Shown: piece by piece, positions 1 to 20,725 of the stretch
How the letters are laid out: every line of letters starts with the position of its first letter
Numbering within the stretch: position 1 is the stretch's first letter
Origin: the human T2T-CHM13v2.0 reference genome, Homo sapiens
NCBI RefSeq assembly: GCF_009914755.1
Contig: NC_060931.1
DNA: 64,000 nucleotides
Strand: one strand, 5' to 3'
Notes under the pieces: model-generated
The model's input: the letters and a program-made list of their open reading frames with translations, nothing else
Told to the model about the DNA's origin: nothing
Databases searched by the model: none
Made by a program: the position numbers and the translations under genes

Positions 1-59
1 TCGATATAATTAAGATAAACTGTTTATATTATTGGGGGTTTATTTGTATTTATTATTCA

Positions 60-560
60 GGGTTAATTTGTATTTCCTTAATTACTAATGCATTTGAGCA
101 TTTTTTCATATTTTTATTGCCCCATTGCTTTTCTTCCATGAAATCTATTCATTTTGTCTACCTATATTCCAACAGAATTGTTTGCTTTTGTCTTATTCTT
201 TTGCAGGAGGTCTTTGTATTATTATGAATATCAAATTTTAGTCAACTATATGTGTGACAGATATTTCTCCAGTTTTCTCATGATTTTTTTCACGAACAGG
301 AAACTTAAGTTTTATATAGTTTTGTTAATATTTTCCTTTATGGTGATACTTTTTTGTGTCCTGTTTATGAAACATTTCCATACCAAGAGGTCATAAAGAT
401 AACCTTCTATGCATTCTAAAAATTTTAAAAGTTTATATTTTCCTCTTAAGAATTTGATTCACCTGGAATTGATGTTTGCTGATGGTGTACAGAAGGGAGA
501 GATTCAATTTTTTTCCATATGCAGAATCATTTGTCTTAACATTACTTAAGATTTTAACAC
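60..560 (-). mobile_element. Ancient L1M (L1MC/ME-type) ORF2 3' fragment
   Basis: Degenerate similarity to antisense L1 ORF2 end (ttgagcattttttcata...gatatttctcc); boundaries approximate. Confidence 0.5.
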
Positions 561-1076
561 AACACTAATCTACAAAGCTACCTCTATTTTAAAATATGAC
601 ACTTACATATATGCATGATAAATTTTTCCAATTTGTACTATTGGAAACTACAGACCCTAAATGATGCTTAGCCCTAATTTGGGGAACGAAAAGAGTAGAG
701 AGCTCAATGGCTCTGCTTAAGAAATTTAAGTGATTTAGCAGTGGAGGGTGGCAACATAAAAAGACAGGAGTTTTGATTTGGATTATAGTCATTCTCAAGA
801 AAATGGAGAGGTCCAGACAAGATAAAATTCCTATAAAAGCAAGAATGATGGATTTTTAGAATAGTGATGTATAATCTTCAATACAAAGTTGCTGTTTGAA
901 TTAGCTATTCAGTTTTCTGAATCTCCAGTAAATGTCAGCCACATATTAGTGTCTGGGAATTTGGAGAGCTTTTCATGAGGAACAAAGCAACCCAAGAAAA
1001 AATGAGTCATTTTAGAAGGCAAGATGGAGATCAGGGGTCAAGAATGCAGCAGGAGCAGGATATTCGATCAAGAACG

Positions 1077-1118
1077 GGCCAGGCACAGTGGCTCATGCCT
1101 GTAATCCCAGCATTTTGT
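1077..1118 (+). mobile_element. Alu 5' head fragment
   Basis: ggccaggcacagtggctcatgcctgtaatcccagcattttg. Confidence 0.8.
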
Positions 1119-1256
1119 GGTTGTGAGGAACAACATAACTTTTCGTTTAACAGTCCAATAAAGAGATCTGGAACTATATAGGAGGAAAAACCTAATATCA
1201 GCCTCCCATTAACCCACCGTGTCTAAGAATAACGCTCATATTACTCTTGTCCATTC

Positions 1257-1260
<4 letters not shown>

Positions 1261-1302
<42 letters not shown>

Positions 1303-1583
1303 AGACAGAGTCTCACTCTGTAGTCCAGGCTGGAGTGCAGTAGTGTTATCATAGCTCACTGCAGCCTCTATCTCCTGGGCTCAAGCCATCCTCCCACATC
1401 AGCCTCCTGAGTAGCTGTGACTACAGACACATGCCACAAAGCCTGGCTAATTTTTTAATCGTTTGTAGAGACAGGGTCTCACCATGTTGCCCAGACTGGT
1501 CTCAAACTCCCGGACTCAAGCAATTCTCCTGCCTCGACCTCCCAAAGTGCTGTGGTTATGGGCGTAAGCCACCATGTCTGGCC
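1261..1583 (-). mobile_element. AluJ with T41 tail
   Basis: Full dimeric antisense Alu; AluJ-type motifs (atagctcactgcagcc, gttgcccag); 41 uninterrupted T. Confidence 0.9.
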
Positions 1584-1884
1584 CATTCTTGATGTAATAT
1601 CCTGCTCCTGCTCTGACTGCTGCTCTGAATCTTGCCTTCTAAAATGACTTTAAATGAAAGTAAAAAGTTTACATTAGTCGTCTGTGCAGGACCTGTGGAT
1701 CATCACTAATTTCCACATTCACCCCTCTCTTGGTGGTGGACAACAGCCCTGGTGGAAGAGTTAGTCCTACTTTGACACTTGCAATACTAGAGTCTAGGGT
1801 TGAGGATAGGCACCCTGCAATGTCATGGCAAGATAAGTGTCCTGATAAGGGGACAGAAAATCTACTGCTGTTATGTTGATATGT

Positions 1885-1908
1885 TTCTCTCTCTCTCTCT
1901 CTCTCTCT
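1885..1908. repeat. (TC)n microsatellite
   Basis: Directly visible. Confidence 0.95.
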
Positions 1909-2788
1909 GTGATTTAAGAGTTTCTATCCAAACAAGATAGAAATATATTCAGCAGCTGAGATGGCTATTGGAAATTCATCTACAATCCTTTCTGGGGATC
2001 AACTGTCAGATACATTTAGTGAAATAAAAATTAAATTTATTGATAAAAATCTAATTTCCTTCTATTTAAAAGCCTTTCTAAATTTGCTTCATGGAAACTA
2101 TGTATACTCTAGAAAAATAAATACAACAAATATTTTTGTTAATTTTGTAGTTAAACTTTAGATTATATATTTAATGTAATTTTAAAGCATTTCTTAAAAA
2201 GTAGTAGGTCAGTTAATAAAGTCTGTATGTAAATATTAAGATATTAACAATGTATCTTATGAGATAAATGACAGGTGTGACAAGATAGGAACCTTGTTTT
2301 ATAATTTGTTATAAAACTTATACTTGTTTTATAATGAGTAAGGAAAAATTTAGAATTTTGTGTAAATGAAATGTATAGAGTTACAAAAAATCATAAATAA
2401 GTGTATAAAAACGTTCTTTGGATCTATAGTAATGTAACTGCTTTATATTTCCTAAAAGTAGAAAATGTTGAGTGTTGAATGTAACAACAGCCGTTATAAT
2501 TATGAGTGATTCATATTCAGTTCCTTAGTAAAGTCTTTGTTAATCTTTGCAGGCTAGGTTGGTTTCTTCTTCTGGATTCCTTTTTTTTTTTTTATTACAA
2601 GATATTTTATTAGCTCAACATCTGAAATTTCCATTTTCCCAAGTAATGCTTGGCATAGTTGTGGTTTTACTTTGTCCAATGCATTATTTTCTCTGTACTT
2701 CTTGTTACAGATTGGTATTTATTTCGATTCAGTAAAACATGTTTAAGCAACAAGCTTTGGTCAACATTCTACTAGTGATGCATTACTC

Positions 2789-3001
2789 TTTTTTTTTTTA
2801 TTCTTGAGACGGAGTCTCGCTCTGTCACCCAGGCTGGAGTACAATAGTGCCATCTCGGCTCACTCCAAACTCTGCCTCCCAATTCAAGCAATTCTACCTT
2901 ACCTTCCTGAGTAACTGAGATTACAGGCGCTTACCACGACGCCCAGCAAATTTTTCTGTTTTTTTTTTGTAGAGATGCGGTTTCGCCATGTTGCCAGGCT
3001 G
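2789..3001 (-). mobile_element. 5'-truncated AluS
   Basis: tttt...gagacggagtctcgctctgtcacccaggctgg...gccatgttgccaggctg. Confidence 0.85.
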
Positions 3002-3039
3002 AATTACTTTTTAAAAAATAACTTTTACTTAAAATATAT

Positions 3040-3184
3040 TTTTGTAACAAGGTCTGGTTCTGTCACCCTGGCTGAAGTGCAGAGGTGGAATAACAGCTCA
3101 CTGCGGCCTCCTGGGCTCAAGCCATCCTACCACCTCAGCCCCAAGTAGCTGGGACTACAGGAACTCAACACCATGCCCAGCTAA

Positions 3185-3190
<6 letters not shown>
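3040..3190 (-). mobile_element. Alu right monomer (AluJ/FRAM-like) abutting the L1 tail
   Basis: ctgtcaccctggctgaagtgcag...gtagctgggactacagg...catgcccagctaa; no left monomer. Confidence 0.75.
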
Positions 3191-9296
<6,106 letters not shown>

Positions 9297-9504
9297 TGTA
9301 GAATTTTACATAATGCTTATTCTGGGCTTTCTCCCCTTGAACATTCTTATGGATTTAAGGACCTCTTCTCACTTACTCTTCTTCATTATTTATGTCACTT
9401 TCAAATTTTATATATGACTCCCCCATACAATTAGACACACAGATAAACTACAACCACTTTATACTATTTTCCAGAAGAGTTGATACACACCAATTAATAT
9501 CTAA

Positions 9505-9710
9505 GTATCTGGCTTCCAATCCTCCACCTACCATTCACTAGTGATGTCATCTCAAGCTCTCTGGCTACATTTATTATTTTGTGCAAAATAAAAATAATGA
9601 TAATGGTCAGGGCATTTTCACATGATTGTTTTAAGGATGAAATTAGGAGAATATATGAGAAAGTAATATTTGGATACTATAAAATGTCACATAAATGATT
9701 GGAATTATTG
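9505..9710 (+). mobile_element. MIR SINE
   Basis: Degenerate MIR core and 3' end (ctggcttccaatcc...gattgttttaaggatgaaat). Confidence 0.55.
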
Positions 9711-11174
9711 TGGCTACCACGATAAACTTGTTCTTAATGATTAAATAGCATTGCTTTTCAATTCCCTGTTCACCTACTTTTGGAGAATCAACTTTCTATT
9801 TTATTTAAAAATTCATCTGTTTATTCTTAGAATACATGAATATTATTTAACTATCAACAGAAGTGTGGAGCTGTTCTTACTGACCTATTTATTAATGTGG
9901 AATACCAATTAAACCAAATGTACAAATAACAAAAATTCAGAAGAAAGGACAGAAATATTACTAATAAGCCTCCATGATTCTACTCTGATTTATCCTGTGC
10001 CACATATATTACTGTTTATGCTAAAGCAATCTATGTATTTGCAGTTAATTTTTTATTCATATTTGTTTCTACTGATCCTGAACTTAATTGTAAATTCCTT
10101 GAGAGAAAGGTTTTCTTTAATATGTCCTTGCTTCTCTCTCTTTTACAACAGAGTGCTTAGAATATAACTTCTTCGTAAATGCTGATGAAACCAACAGAGT
10201 TTAAACACAAAGATGATCTCCCACATTCTACAATGTGGACTTTAGGTCTCCTGGTCCTGACTAAAGACATGTGCGAATAAAAATGAAAACGTATATGGGA
10301 AAATTTGCCTTTCAAATATTTGGCAAAGATTTCTGGGTGCTTGTCCAAGATATTTTTGGTTATACATTCCCTGTTAGTCCTTCACATTTCTTGTGACTAG
10401 TAAATTATGGAGTTTGTCCAGGAAGGGTTTTCTTAGTTGATCCTTACATTGGATGACCAATATTTATAAATGAGGAACCTCAACTGCGTCATTTCCATAG
10501 CTACAGACCAAAATATATCTATTTTCTAATTTCATTCATGAACTTTTTCCTAACCACTCATGTTCTCTCAAGCATAGAGTTAATTCGATGTTTCTAACTA
10601 ACCCTTATAAACATTGAAGAGTTAATAATGCTCAGTGTTTACATAATCACTTAATTTAGGAAAAGATGTTTATTTTGTTATGGTCCATTACCATCTGGGA
10701 CTAACAGGGCGATTTTGCTACGATACCACAGACTTGGTCCCTTTTTCTCTCACAAAGCCTCCATAAAAGGTGGCAATACTTTACTAGAAGATGCCTAGAA
10801 TAAAGAAGTTATTTTAATATGTTAAAGCAAAGACAGAAAGGCAAAGTTAGACAAGACATTTTAAAACATTATCAACTTTTTTCTGCCAATTCTAACAATG
10901 CTAGAAGTAACAAACTGTAAAGTGTTTGCAGTCTGGAGTATTGAAAATCTCAGCCTAATCCAACTTTTAAGGAAAAGGTCTTTATGTGGATCCAAATAAA
11001 CTTGTGTAGAGGTGGCTATAAAGAAGTTCATTAATTACAAATGACTTAAAACATGATAGCAATGCTTCCTATTTAACTTTGGATAAAAAAGACATGGAAC
11101 ACATAAGAAACAGAACTGTGAGAGGCAATGGAGGGAAGGCCTCCTGGCTTCTATTCCCCAGATTCTGCAAACCA

Positions 11175-11577
11175 CTTGTCTGTTTAGTGTTGCTATAAAG
11201 GAATACCTGAGGCTGGGTGACTTGTAGAGGAGTTTATTTAGCTTATGACTTTTCTGGCTGAAAAATTGTGCATCTGGTGAAAGCCTCAGGCTGTGTCCAC
11301 TCATGGCAGGAGGCAAAGGGGAGCCAGTGTGTGCAGAGATCACATGGTGAGGGAGGGAGTGAGAGAGAAAGGGGGAGGGGTGCCAGGCTCTTTTCAACAA
11401 CCAGCTCTCAAGGGAACTAATCAAGTGAGCACTCACTCATTACTGCGAGGACAGCACCCAGCTATTCATGAGGGATTTTCTCCCATGATCCAAATGCCTG
11501 CCATTAGGCCCCACCTTGTGCAGTGGGGACCAAATTTCAACATGACAACTAGGGGTACAAACATCCAAACTATAGCA
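11175..11577 (-). mobile_element. MaLR solo LTR, MSTB-like
   Basis: gttgctataaaggaatacctgaggctggg...catccaaactatagca. Confidence 0.8.
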
Positions 11578-14235
11578 CCACTCTTTGAGAATTGCCTGAT
11601 TAAGCTCTGAACTTTGCTCACAGATAAATATAGGATCACTAGTTATAAGATCAGTCATTCTTTGAGCTGATAAAGGCCAGAGAGTCCTTTTGTGTAAAGC
11701 ATTCCACTAAGTCCTTAAGGAAATGCTCAATGTCAAGTGTCTCCTGTTTATCCACTTTTATCTTAAAAGCAAAATGTGCCCTTTATACTCCCTTTAAATT
11801 TGTCCCATTTCTAAGACAGCAGAATTTTCAGAATTCTCTTTACAATCATTGAAGAACAGCTTGAATCCCTGAAATGTGTCAGTATGCATATGGGGACCAG
11901 GCATGGAGGGAAGTACAGTGTTCATTTGATGGGAAAAAGCTGTACAAGGTAAGAGTTAAGCTTTTGATTTAATCATGCCAAACATTCAATCTTCATAATT
12001 TCAGTTACACAATATATTTTTGTCTGAATAATCTCTACTTGGCTTTGTGTTCTGTAAATATGATATTGCCAACTAAAAATTACTATCTTTTAAATACTAT
12101 ATGTGCTGGCTGACATTAGCAAAATATTGCCTGGCAGGTAATGGGCTTACCCTTATAACAAAAAATTTAAGGTGCCTGAGGGAATATCTAAATGGTTTAA
12201 TGTGGCATTATGTGTGACTCTCAAATGCAGACACCTCCTACTTTCACTTACACGTATACCATTCTACAGCATTGATGAGAAATCATGTTTATAATTCATA
12301 CATTAGCCATTGAAAATTAATTGTACATTTTAAATATATATTGCCAAGCTAAAATTGGCATCCAAATAAATGCTTAAATCACTAGTCTTATAAGAAGCAC
12401 TTTCCTCTGGTGAATGGGTTAAATTGCTGCTGTGAGATTGAATATAATTAGTCCTGCTGATATGCAAAGAATTGCTCTGTCAGGAAATGTCACTGCCATT
12501 GAGTACTGTTCCTTGTCTGCATTCCATTTTCTGTCTGGCTCAGAAAACTTTAATAACAGGTTGGAATTCACATGTAAAATTTTAACCAATTTTCATAAAA
12601 ATACCTTATTTCATTTTCATTTTGCTCTCATATAATCTTTGGTTGTCATAAAGTAGGATACTAAACACATCTGATTTCCTTAACTTTTATTGCCTTTTCT
12701 CCTTTGAAGGTAGACATTTAGGGTTCATTTTTTCCCTTAGTACTTTTCAAATTTTTAATGGAAGTTTAAATTTCATTGAAAATGACAAAAGAAGAGAAAG
12801 GGCAGTGAGATGCAGAAAGTTGAAGAAACACATGTGAGCAAAGTTACTTCCCCTATGTCTTCAAGGAGAGGAGACTACTTTAATGCCCCAGGAACGCGCA
12901 ACTAGTTCCTAAATTTTTTGAATTGCCTCTAAACCGTAGAAATTGTGCTTTATAGAGTATTGCTAATCAGGGCCTAGTGCTGTCAGGAGAGTCAGATGTT
13001 TCTATTACATAACCTGCTTCCGTATAAATCTAGAATCTCTCTCCAGTGACTTCAAAATCCTTTGTAGGAAACTTGAGGTCTGAAGAGCAGAGATATTTTA
13101 ATCTCATCTTTTAGTTAAAGTATATAATTTTGAAAAAGGAAAGATGATATTGGGTTTGAAAAATTGGTTCCACAGAGTAGAAGAAAAGGACAACACTTCC
13201 TACATTAGGTTCATGACACAAAATTAAGGACTCCTGGCAAGTGGTAGTGAAGAATTAAGAAGAGTGCTTTGTGAGGAAGACCATTAGTCAAGGAGCTCTT
13301 AAAGGAAATTTGAGGGACTGAGGGAAATATAGAGTTGGAATTGTGAAATGTTGATGGACAGAAACAAAAGGGGGTGGTTGCTAATATTTGGATATTCTGG
13401 AAGGAATCAACAAGAAGGTAGATAGCATGTTGTCTGTGGTTTCCAATGTTTATAAAGTAATGCACAGAGAATGAATAATAAATGGCCTTGAAATTTTAAC
13501 ACAAGAAGAGAAATTAAACACAAAGTTTCATGGAGACTTAGAGGGATGTAATTGACTGGGATATAGCAATGGGAAGGTGAATCTTGTTCAAAGCAAAGTG
13601 CTCTAATTGATGAGAAAGAAAATAGCATTTTGTTATGAAGAATGGGAAAACAGAATCTTATGTTTACAGATTTTTAGAAGTAAATTTAGCCAATTCTTTT
13701 CAAATTCTTCATATTACAGAAGGTAGACTAAAGTCTAGAGAGATTTACATGTCCCTTAAACAAAACTATTATAGTCAGGGAGGGAGGGTGGATAATTATA
13801 ACTTCACAAGGACCATATAGGAGCAGTATACACTGGTGAAGAGTGAGGTGAGACAGGGAACAAGCTATTTAGACATTTTCCAGAAAACATTCAATCTGAT
13901 ACAATCTGAATTTAACTTTTTGACAATTTGTTTCTTAGAAGAGAGAGAGTATAATCAGGAGTGCTGCTGCTTACAAGTTAATTCTGACCAAGAAAAAAAA
14001 ATGAACTGATAATTTAATTGAAGTCCAGAATTACTTAGTACATAACTTATTATTACGGACTGCTGAAAAACAGAGAAATTTATTCCATGCAATCCACTTT
14101 TCCCTGCTTGTGCTAACCTTACTGCTTAGAAGCATCATCATCTGTCTTTAGTTGGAGAGTTGATTGATATACCATTGTGTTATCTCTTCAGATATTCAGC
14201 CACTTGATGGAATGGGAAGGAAGTCCAGATATGGG

Positions 14236-14347
14236 GAGGGCCATGTAACTTCTCATCTAAACAGAGACACTTGTGAAAGTGAGTGAGTATGCTAACTGAA
14301 TAGACATAATCTAGCTTGTCCTGGACAAATCAGGAAATATGGGCATA
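14236..14347. mobile_element. MER81/MER94-like hAT MITE
   Basis: Degenerate match (catctaaacagagacact...gtcctggacaaatcaggaaatatgg). Confidence 0.4.
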
Positions 14348-14780
14348 GATATTTATGGGTGGGGGAGGGAAACATGTTTTCTATTTCTTCTCTCATGTGA
14401 AATTAAGAAGACCATTAGTCAAGTTTCTATCTCTACCTTTCTGCTTGTTCTAGCCTTCACACTAGTTTGTGAGTCCCAGGATTCTTCCATAGTCAATCCC
14501 CTATGGTCCTGCTAGTTTCCTGCTTATTGGGGCTGCTGGAACCACCCTGTGCTGCTGCTTTAAAATGCCAGACATTTGAGGGACTGAGGTCAAATAACAC
14601 ATTTCCCATTTGCCTCTCAGCTAAATAATGGAAAAGATAGTATAAATTTACAGGAACCAGATCTCCTGCTAAAGATAGTTGAGGAAGACTCCACATACTC
14701 AGATGGACAGAAAGGGGGACAGAGAAAAACAACCTACATGATCCAGAAACTCCTTTTTCACTTCAGAAAATTTGAAAAGA

Positions 14781-15649
14781 TCAGAACAACCCCATCAAAA
14801 AGTGGGTGAAGGACATGAACAGACACTTCTCAAAAGAAGACATTTATGCAGCCAAAAACACATGAAAAAATGCTCACCATCACTGGCCATCAGAGAAATG
14901 CAAATCAAAACCACAATGAGATATCATCTCACACCAGTTAGAATGGCAATCATTAAAAAGTCAGGAAACAACAGGTGCTGGAGAGGATGTGGAGAAATAG
15001 GAACACTTTTACACTGTTGGTGGGACTGTAAACTAGTTCAAGCATTGTGGAAGTCAGTGTGGCGATTCCTCAGGGATCTAGAACTAGAAATACCATTTGA
15101 CCCAGCCATCACATTACTGGGTATATACCCAAAGGACTATAAATCATGCTGCTATAAAGACACATGCACACGTATGTTTATTGCGGCATTATTCACAATA
15201 GTAAAGACTTGGAACCAACCCAAATGTCCAACAATGATAGACTGGATTAAGAAAATGTGGCACATATACACCATGGAATACTATGCAGCCATAAAAAATG
15301 ATGAGTTCATGTCCTTTGTAGGGACATGGATGAAATTGGAAATCATCATTCTCAGTAAACTATTGCAAGAACAAAAAAACCAAACACCACATATTCTCAC
15401 TCATAGGTGGGAACTGAACAATGAGAACACATGGACACAGGAAGGGGAACATCACACTCTGGGGACTGCTGTGGCGTGGGGGGAGGGGGGAGGGATAGCA
15501 TTGGGAGATATACCTAATGCTAGATGACGAGTTAGTGGGTGCAGCACACCAGCATGGCAATGTATACATATGTAACTAACCTGCACATTGTGCACATGTA
15601 CCCTAAAACTTAAAGTATAATAATAATAAAGAAAGAAAGAAAGAAAGAA
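14781..15649 (+). mobile_element. 5'-truncated L1PA2-like element
   Basis: ORF2 C-terminus plus 3'UTR with ttgggagatatacctaatgctagatgacgagttagtggg; perfect 16-bp TSD agaaaatttgaaaaga at 14765-14780 and 15650-15665. Confidence 0.92.
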
Positions 15650-16179
15650 AGAAAATTTGAAAAGAAGGTGGTGATTGTCATGGTGGGAGAGCTGGGGAGA
15701 CAACAATAGACTGTAACATAAGAGTAAGAGACCGTAGCCCTTGGGATGCGGAGAAGGCAGCAAATTTGGAAAGGGTCTACTACAGCCTCCAGAAATAGAT
15801 TTTTGAAAGCATATGTTTCGGGCTTGAAATACATTTAAACATGGCTTTCATGGGGAAAAAGGAAAACACAGCAGGAGTGATAATAAGAGGGGGACCAACG
15901 AAGAGTGAAAAAATGTAAGCTGAGAAAAAAAAAGAATGTGTTGATATGATTTTTAACAAATGGAGAGCAACTAAAATTCAAAGCAGAGTATTAATCTTCA
16001 CTGGAAATACTGCAAAAAGATAACATAATACAGAATTTTAATTGGTGACATAGATGACGACAATGGAAAGTAAACTATAAATATAAAGAATGCATAATAT
16101 GTTAAAACTATGGAAAATGGCATACTTAATTAAGAATGAGTAAACCTTAACAATAGTCAAAAACAAACTTAGAAACAAT

Positions 16180-16390
16180 GAAAATAACCAACACTGAATG
16201 CCTACTACATAATAAACACTGAAGCTCAAAACAATTCTATTTGTTGTTACACTACTATATGTACTTTATAAAGGAGAAACCGAGGAACAGAGAGGGCAAG
16301 TAATATCCCTAGGTTCACAAAGAAAGTGGAAGAGCAAGGTCTTCAACTTAAGCAGTCTGGCACCAGAGCCCATGCTCTACCTGTAACCAT
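16180..16390 (-). mobile_element. MIR SINE
   Basis: gaaaccgaggaacagagagggcaagtaa...cagtctggcaccagagccc. Confidence 0.7.
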
Positions 16391-16664
16391 TACGTTATCA
16401 TGTCCCCCAAAGGCAAAAGAAAAATTCTTAAACTATAATAGATTAAAATTTAGCTATTGTAAAAAAGGATGAGAGTATCTAATATAAAACCTTTTAAAGG
16501 ATATTGTGTAAAATTTATGATGAGATTAGCAAACATTTCTTGGAGAATAATTGGAGTTTTTAGGACACAAAAACTTACATTCGGACAATAAAACAAAATA
16601 AAATAAAATATATTGTCTAACTAGAACAAAGTTCTGGTTGATTTCACATTTTCCTGAACATTAA

Positions 16665-17023
<359 letters not shown>

Positions 17024-17412
17024 TCAAATGTCTTAAGAAGTTACCTTTTGTAGATTTTGGCTATTAGTCCTTTGTCAGGTGCATAGTTAGAGAATATTTT
17101 CTCCCCTTCTGTGGGTTGTCTGTTTATTTTGCTGTGCAGAAGCTTTTTAGTTTAATTGGGTCCCATCTATTTATTTTTGTTATTGTTGCATTTGATTTTA
17201 GGTTTTTGGTCATGGACTCTTTGCCTATGCCAACATCTAGAAGAGTTTTATTAATGTTATCTTCTAGAATTTTTATGGGTTCAGGTTTTAGATGTAAATC
17301 TTTGATCCATCTTAAGTTGATTTTTGTGCAGAGTGAGAGATGAGAATCTAGTTTCATTCTTCTGCATGATGCCTTGCCAATTATCCCAACACCATTTATT
17401 GAATAGGTTGTC

Positions 17413-17774
17413 TGTATTAGTATGTTTTCACACTGCTGTAAAGAAGTACCTGAGACTGGGTAATTTATAAAGGAAAGAAGTTTAATTGACTCACACTTCT
17501 GCACGGATGGGGAGGCCTCAGGAAATTTACAATCATGGCATAAGGGGAAGCAATTATGTCTTCACAAGGCAGCAGGAGAGAGAGTGCTAGGAAGAGCAAG
17601 GAAAACTGCTTTATGAAGCCATCAGATCTCATGAGAACTCACTTACTATCACAATAACAGCAAGGCAGAAATCTGCTCCTATAATCCGATCACCTCCTAC
17701 TAGGTTCCTCCCTCAACACCTGAGAATTACAATTCAAGATGAGATTTGGGTGGGGGCACAAAGGCTAACCATCA
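17413..17774 (-). mobile_element. THE1 (C/D-like) solo LTR nested in L1PB
   Basis: tgtattagt...gatgagatttgggtggggg...accatca; 5-bp TSD ttgtc/gtgtc. Confidence 0.88.
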
Positions 17775-18076
17775 GTGTCCTTTCCCAACTTTATGTTTTT
17801 ATTTGCTTTGTTGAAGATCAGTTGGCTGTAAGTATTTGGCTTTATTTCTGGGCTCTCTATTCTGCTTCATTGGTCTTTGTGCCTGTTTTTCTACCAGTAC
17901 CATTCTGCTTTGGTAACTATAGCCTTGTAGTATAGTTTGAAGTCAGGTAATGTGATGCCTCCAGATTTGTTCTTTTTGCTTAGTCTTTCTTTGGCTGTGT
18001 GGGGTCTTTTTAGCTATAAGGAACTCCAACAAATCACCAAGAAAAAAGAAATAACCTCATCAAAAAGTGGGCAAAT

Positions 18077-18299
18077 GGCTGAGCCTGGGCAACATGGCAA
18101 AACTCCATCTCAACAAAAAATACAAAAATTAGCTGGGCATGGTGGCATGGACCTGTCCCAGCTACTTGGGAGGCTGGGGTGGGAGAATCACCTGAACCAG
18201 GGATATTGAGGCTGCAGTCAGTTGAGACCATGTCACTGCACTTCAGACTCTTGCCTGGGTGACAAAGTGAGACCCTGTCTCAGAAAAAAAAAAAAAAAA
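18077..18299 (+). mobile_element. AluJ lacking most of the left monomer
   Basis: cctgggcaacatggcaaaactccatctc...gagaccctgtctcag plus A tail. Confidence 0.8.
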
Positions 18300-18955
18300 T
18301 AGTAGTAGGCAAACGACATGAATAGACAATTCTCAAAAGAAGATATACAAATGACCAAAAAATATACGAAAAAATGCTCAACATCACTAATTATCAGGGA
18401 AATGCAAATTAAAACTACAATGAGATACCACTTTACTCCTGCAGGAATGGCCATGATTAAAACATCAAAAAATAATAAATATTGGCGTGGATGTTGTGAA
18501 AATGGAATACTTTTACATTGCTGGTGGGAATGTAAACTAGTACAACCACTATGGAAAACAGTATGGAGATTCCGTAAAGAGGTAAAAGCAGAATTACCAT
18601 TTGATCTAGCAATCACTCTACTGGGTATCTACCCAGAGGAAAATAAATCATTATATGAAAAAGACACTTGCACAATCATGTTTTAGCAGCACAATTCACA
18701 ATTGCAAAAATATGGAGCCAGCCTAAATGCCCATCAACCAACAAATGGATAAAGAAAATACGGTATATATACACCATGGAATACTACACAGCCATAGAAA
18801 GGAACAAAATAATGGCATTCTCTGCAACCTGGGTGGAGCTGGAGACTATTACTCTAAGTGAAGTAACTCAGGAATGGAAAACCAAATATTATATGTTCTC
18901 ACTTATAAGTGGGAGCTAAGATATGAGTACCCAAATGCATAAGAACAATCTAATG

Positions 18956-19299
<344 letters not shown>

Positions 19300-20725
19300 C
19301 TACGCACTGAGTACAGTGTTCACTGCTCAGGTGATGGGTGCACCATAATCTCAGAAATCACCACCAAACAACTTACCTATGTAATAAAAAACCACCTGTT
19401 ACCCTAGAACTGTTGAAATAAAAGTATTTACATAGTGATAGTAATTTAAATGCTGATTATTGGTTTTAAAGATTTAAAATGATTCTGTGAACAAAAAAAA
19501 GAGAAAGACTTAGTTCTTGTTGTAGATCAGACTAAGAATGCTAATTATTGAAAATCTAAAAGAAAAAAGACAATGGTGAGAAAAGCTAGAGGAAAGGATA
19601 GGGATATCATATACCTAACTTACGTAAGAGAGAATAAAATAATTGACTACCGTTGATGGAAAAAAAAGAGTGACCATTTGCATGTAAATTTAGCAGGAAG
19701 ACAATTTTAAATGAACTCTTTAAGAGTTTCATAATTATATACCTTTCCATTTAAAAAAAAACTGAGTTCAGTTTAAGAAACACTGAATAATTAGGAAAGA
19801 TTGAGATTTTAAAAATGATGGTAAATATAACCAACATATATTCACATATGGTTATAAAATATAATATACATATTAAAATTCATTTTTGACCTTGCTTAAC
19901 ATCAACCACAAACACATATGCACATACATACAAGAATCTCTTTGTTCTTCCTTTGAACAACCTTTTTTTTTTCTTTCAGTTAGCTTTTCTCAAAGTATAC
20001 TTATGGAATACTTTTACCTTCTTTCCTCCAAAACAAACAAACAAACAAACAAATAAAATTCAAAGGGCAATTTTTTTCTCTAGAGATTCCTGTGCTAGTT
20101 GGTAAAAAACAGACACAAAATATAAAGATTGAAAAAAAAAAAGAAAGAATACTACTGACAAATTTACATTCAAACCTCACTAATAAATGCAAAAAAACCT
20201 AGATAAAATATTAGTAAATAAAAATACAGCAATTTATCAAAAGAATAATACATGATCAAAAAGTAGGGTATATTTTAAGAACACAAGATTGCTTAATATT
20301 AGGAAATATATTCATAAAATACATCTCATCAATAAGTTAAATAAGAAATTGTGAAAGATACTAGAATTGCATTTGCTCAATTCAACATACATTCTTTGAA
20401 TCTTAAGTTAGTAATTAAAACATTCTTCCTTTTTATGATAAAGAATTTCAATCTCAAACCATAAGTCAAAATAATACTGAATAGTAAAATATTAGTGATA
20501 GGGTAACTGTCCTTACTGAGTTTTTTTTTTTTTTAGATTCACTCTCAGAAGTAACTGATCAACAGTTTTTATTTTGTTTATGCTTTTAGTTGTTTGTTCT
20601 GCTGCAAGACATCTACCTACTTTCTACCTCTGAGGGAAATATTTCTGGCCCGTGGGTGAAATGGTGCTTAAGACAGAGAGAAGAAGATTCTTAACATAAG
20701 AGAAGTATCTATTTTATGTTATGTT

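Noticed and set aside
14772-15527. 251-aa ORF as a host gene
   Set aside because: Lies almost entirely within a 5'-truncated L1PA2; non-ATG start inside the TSD
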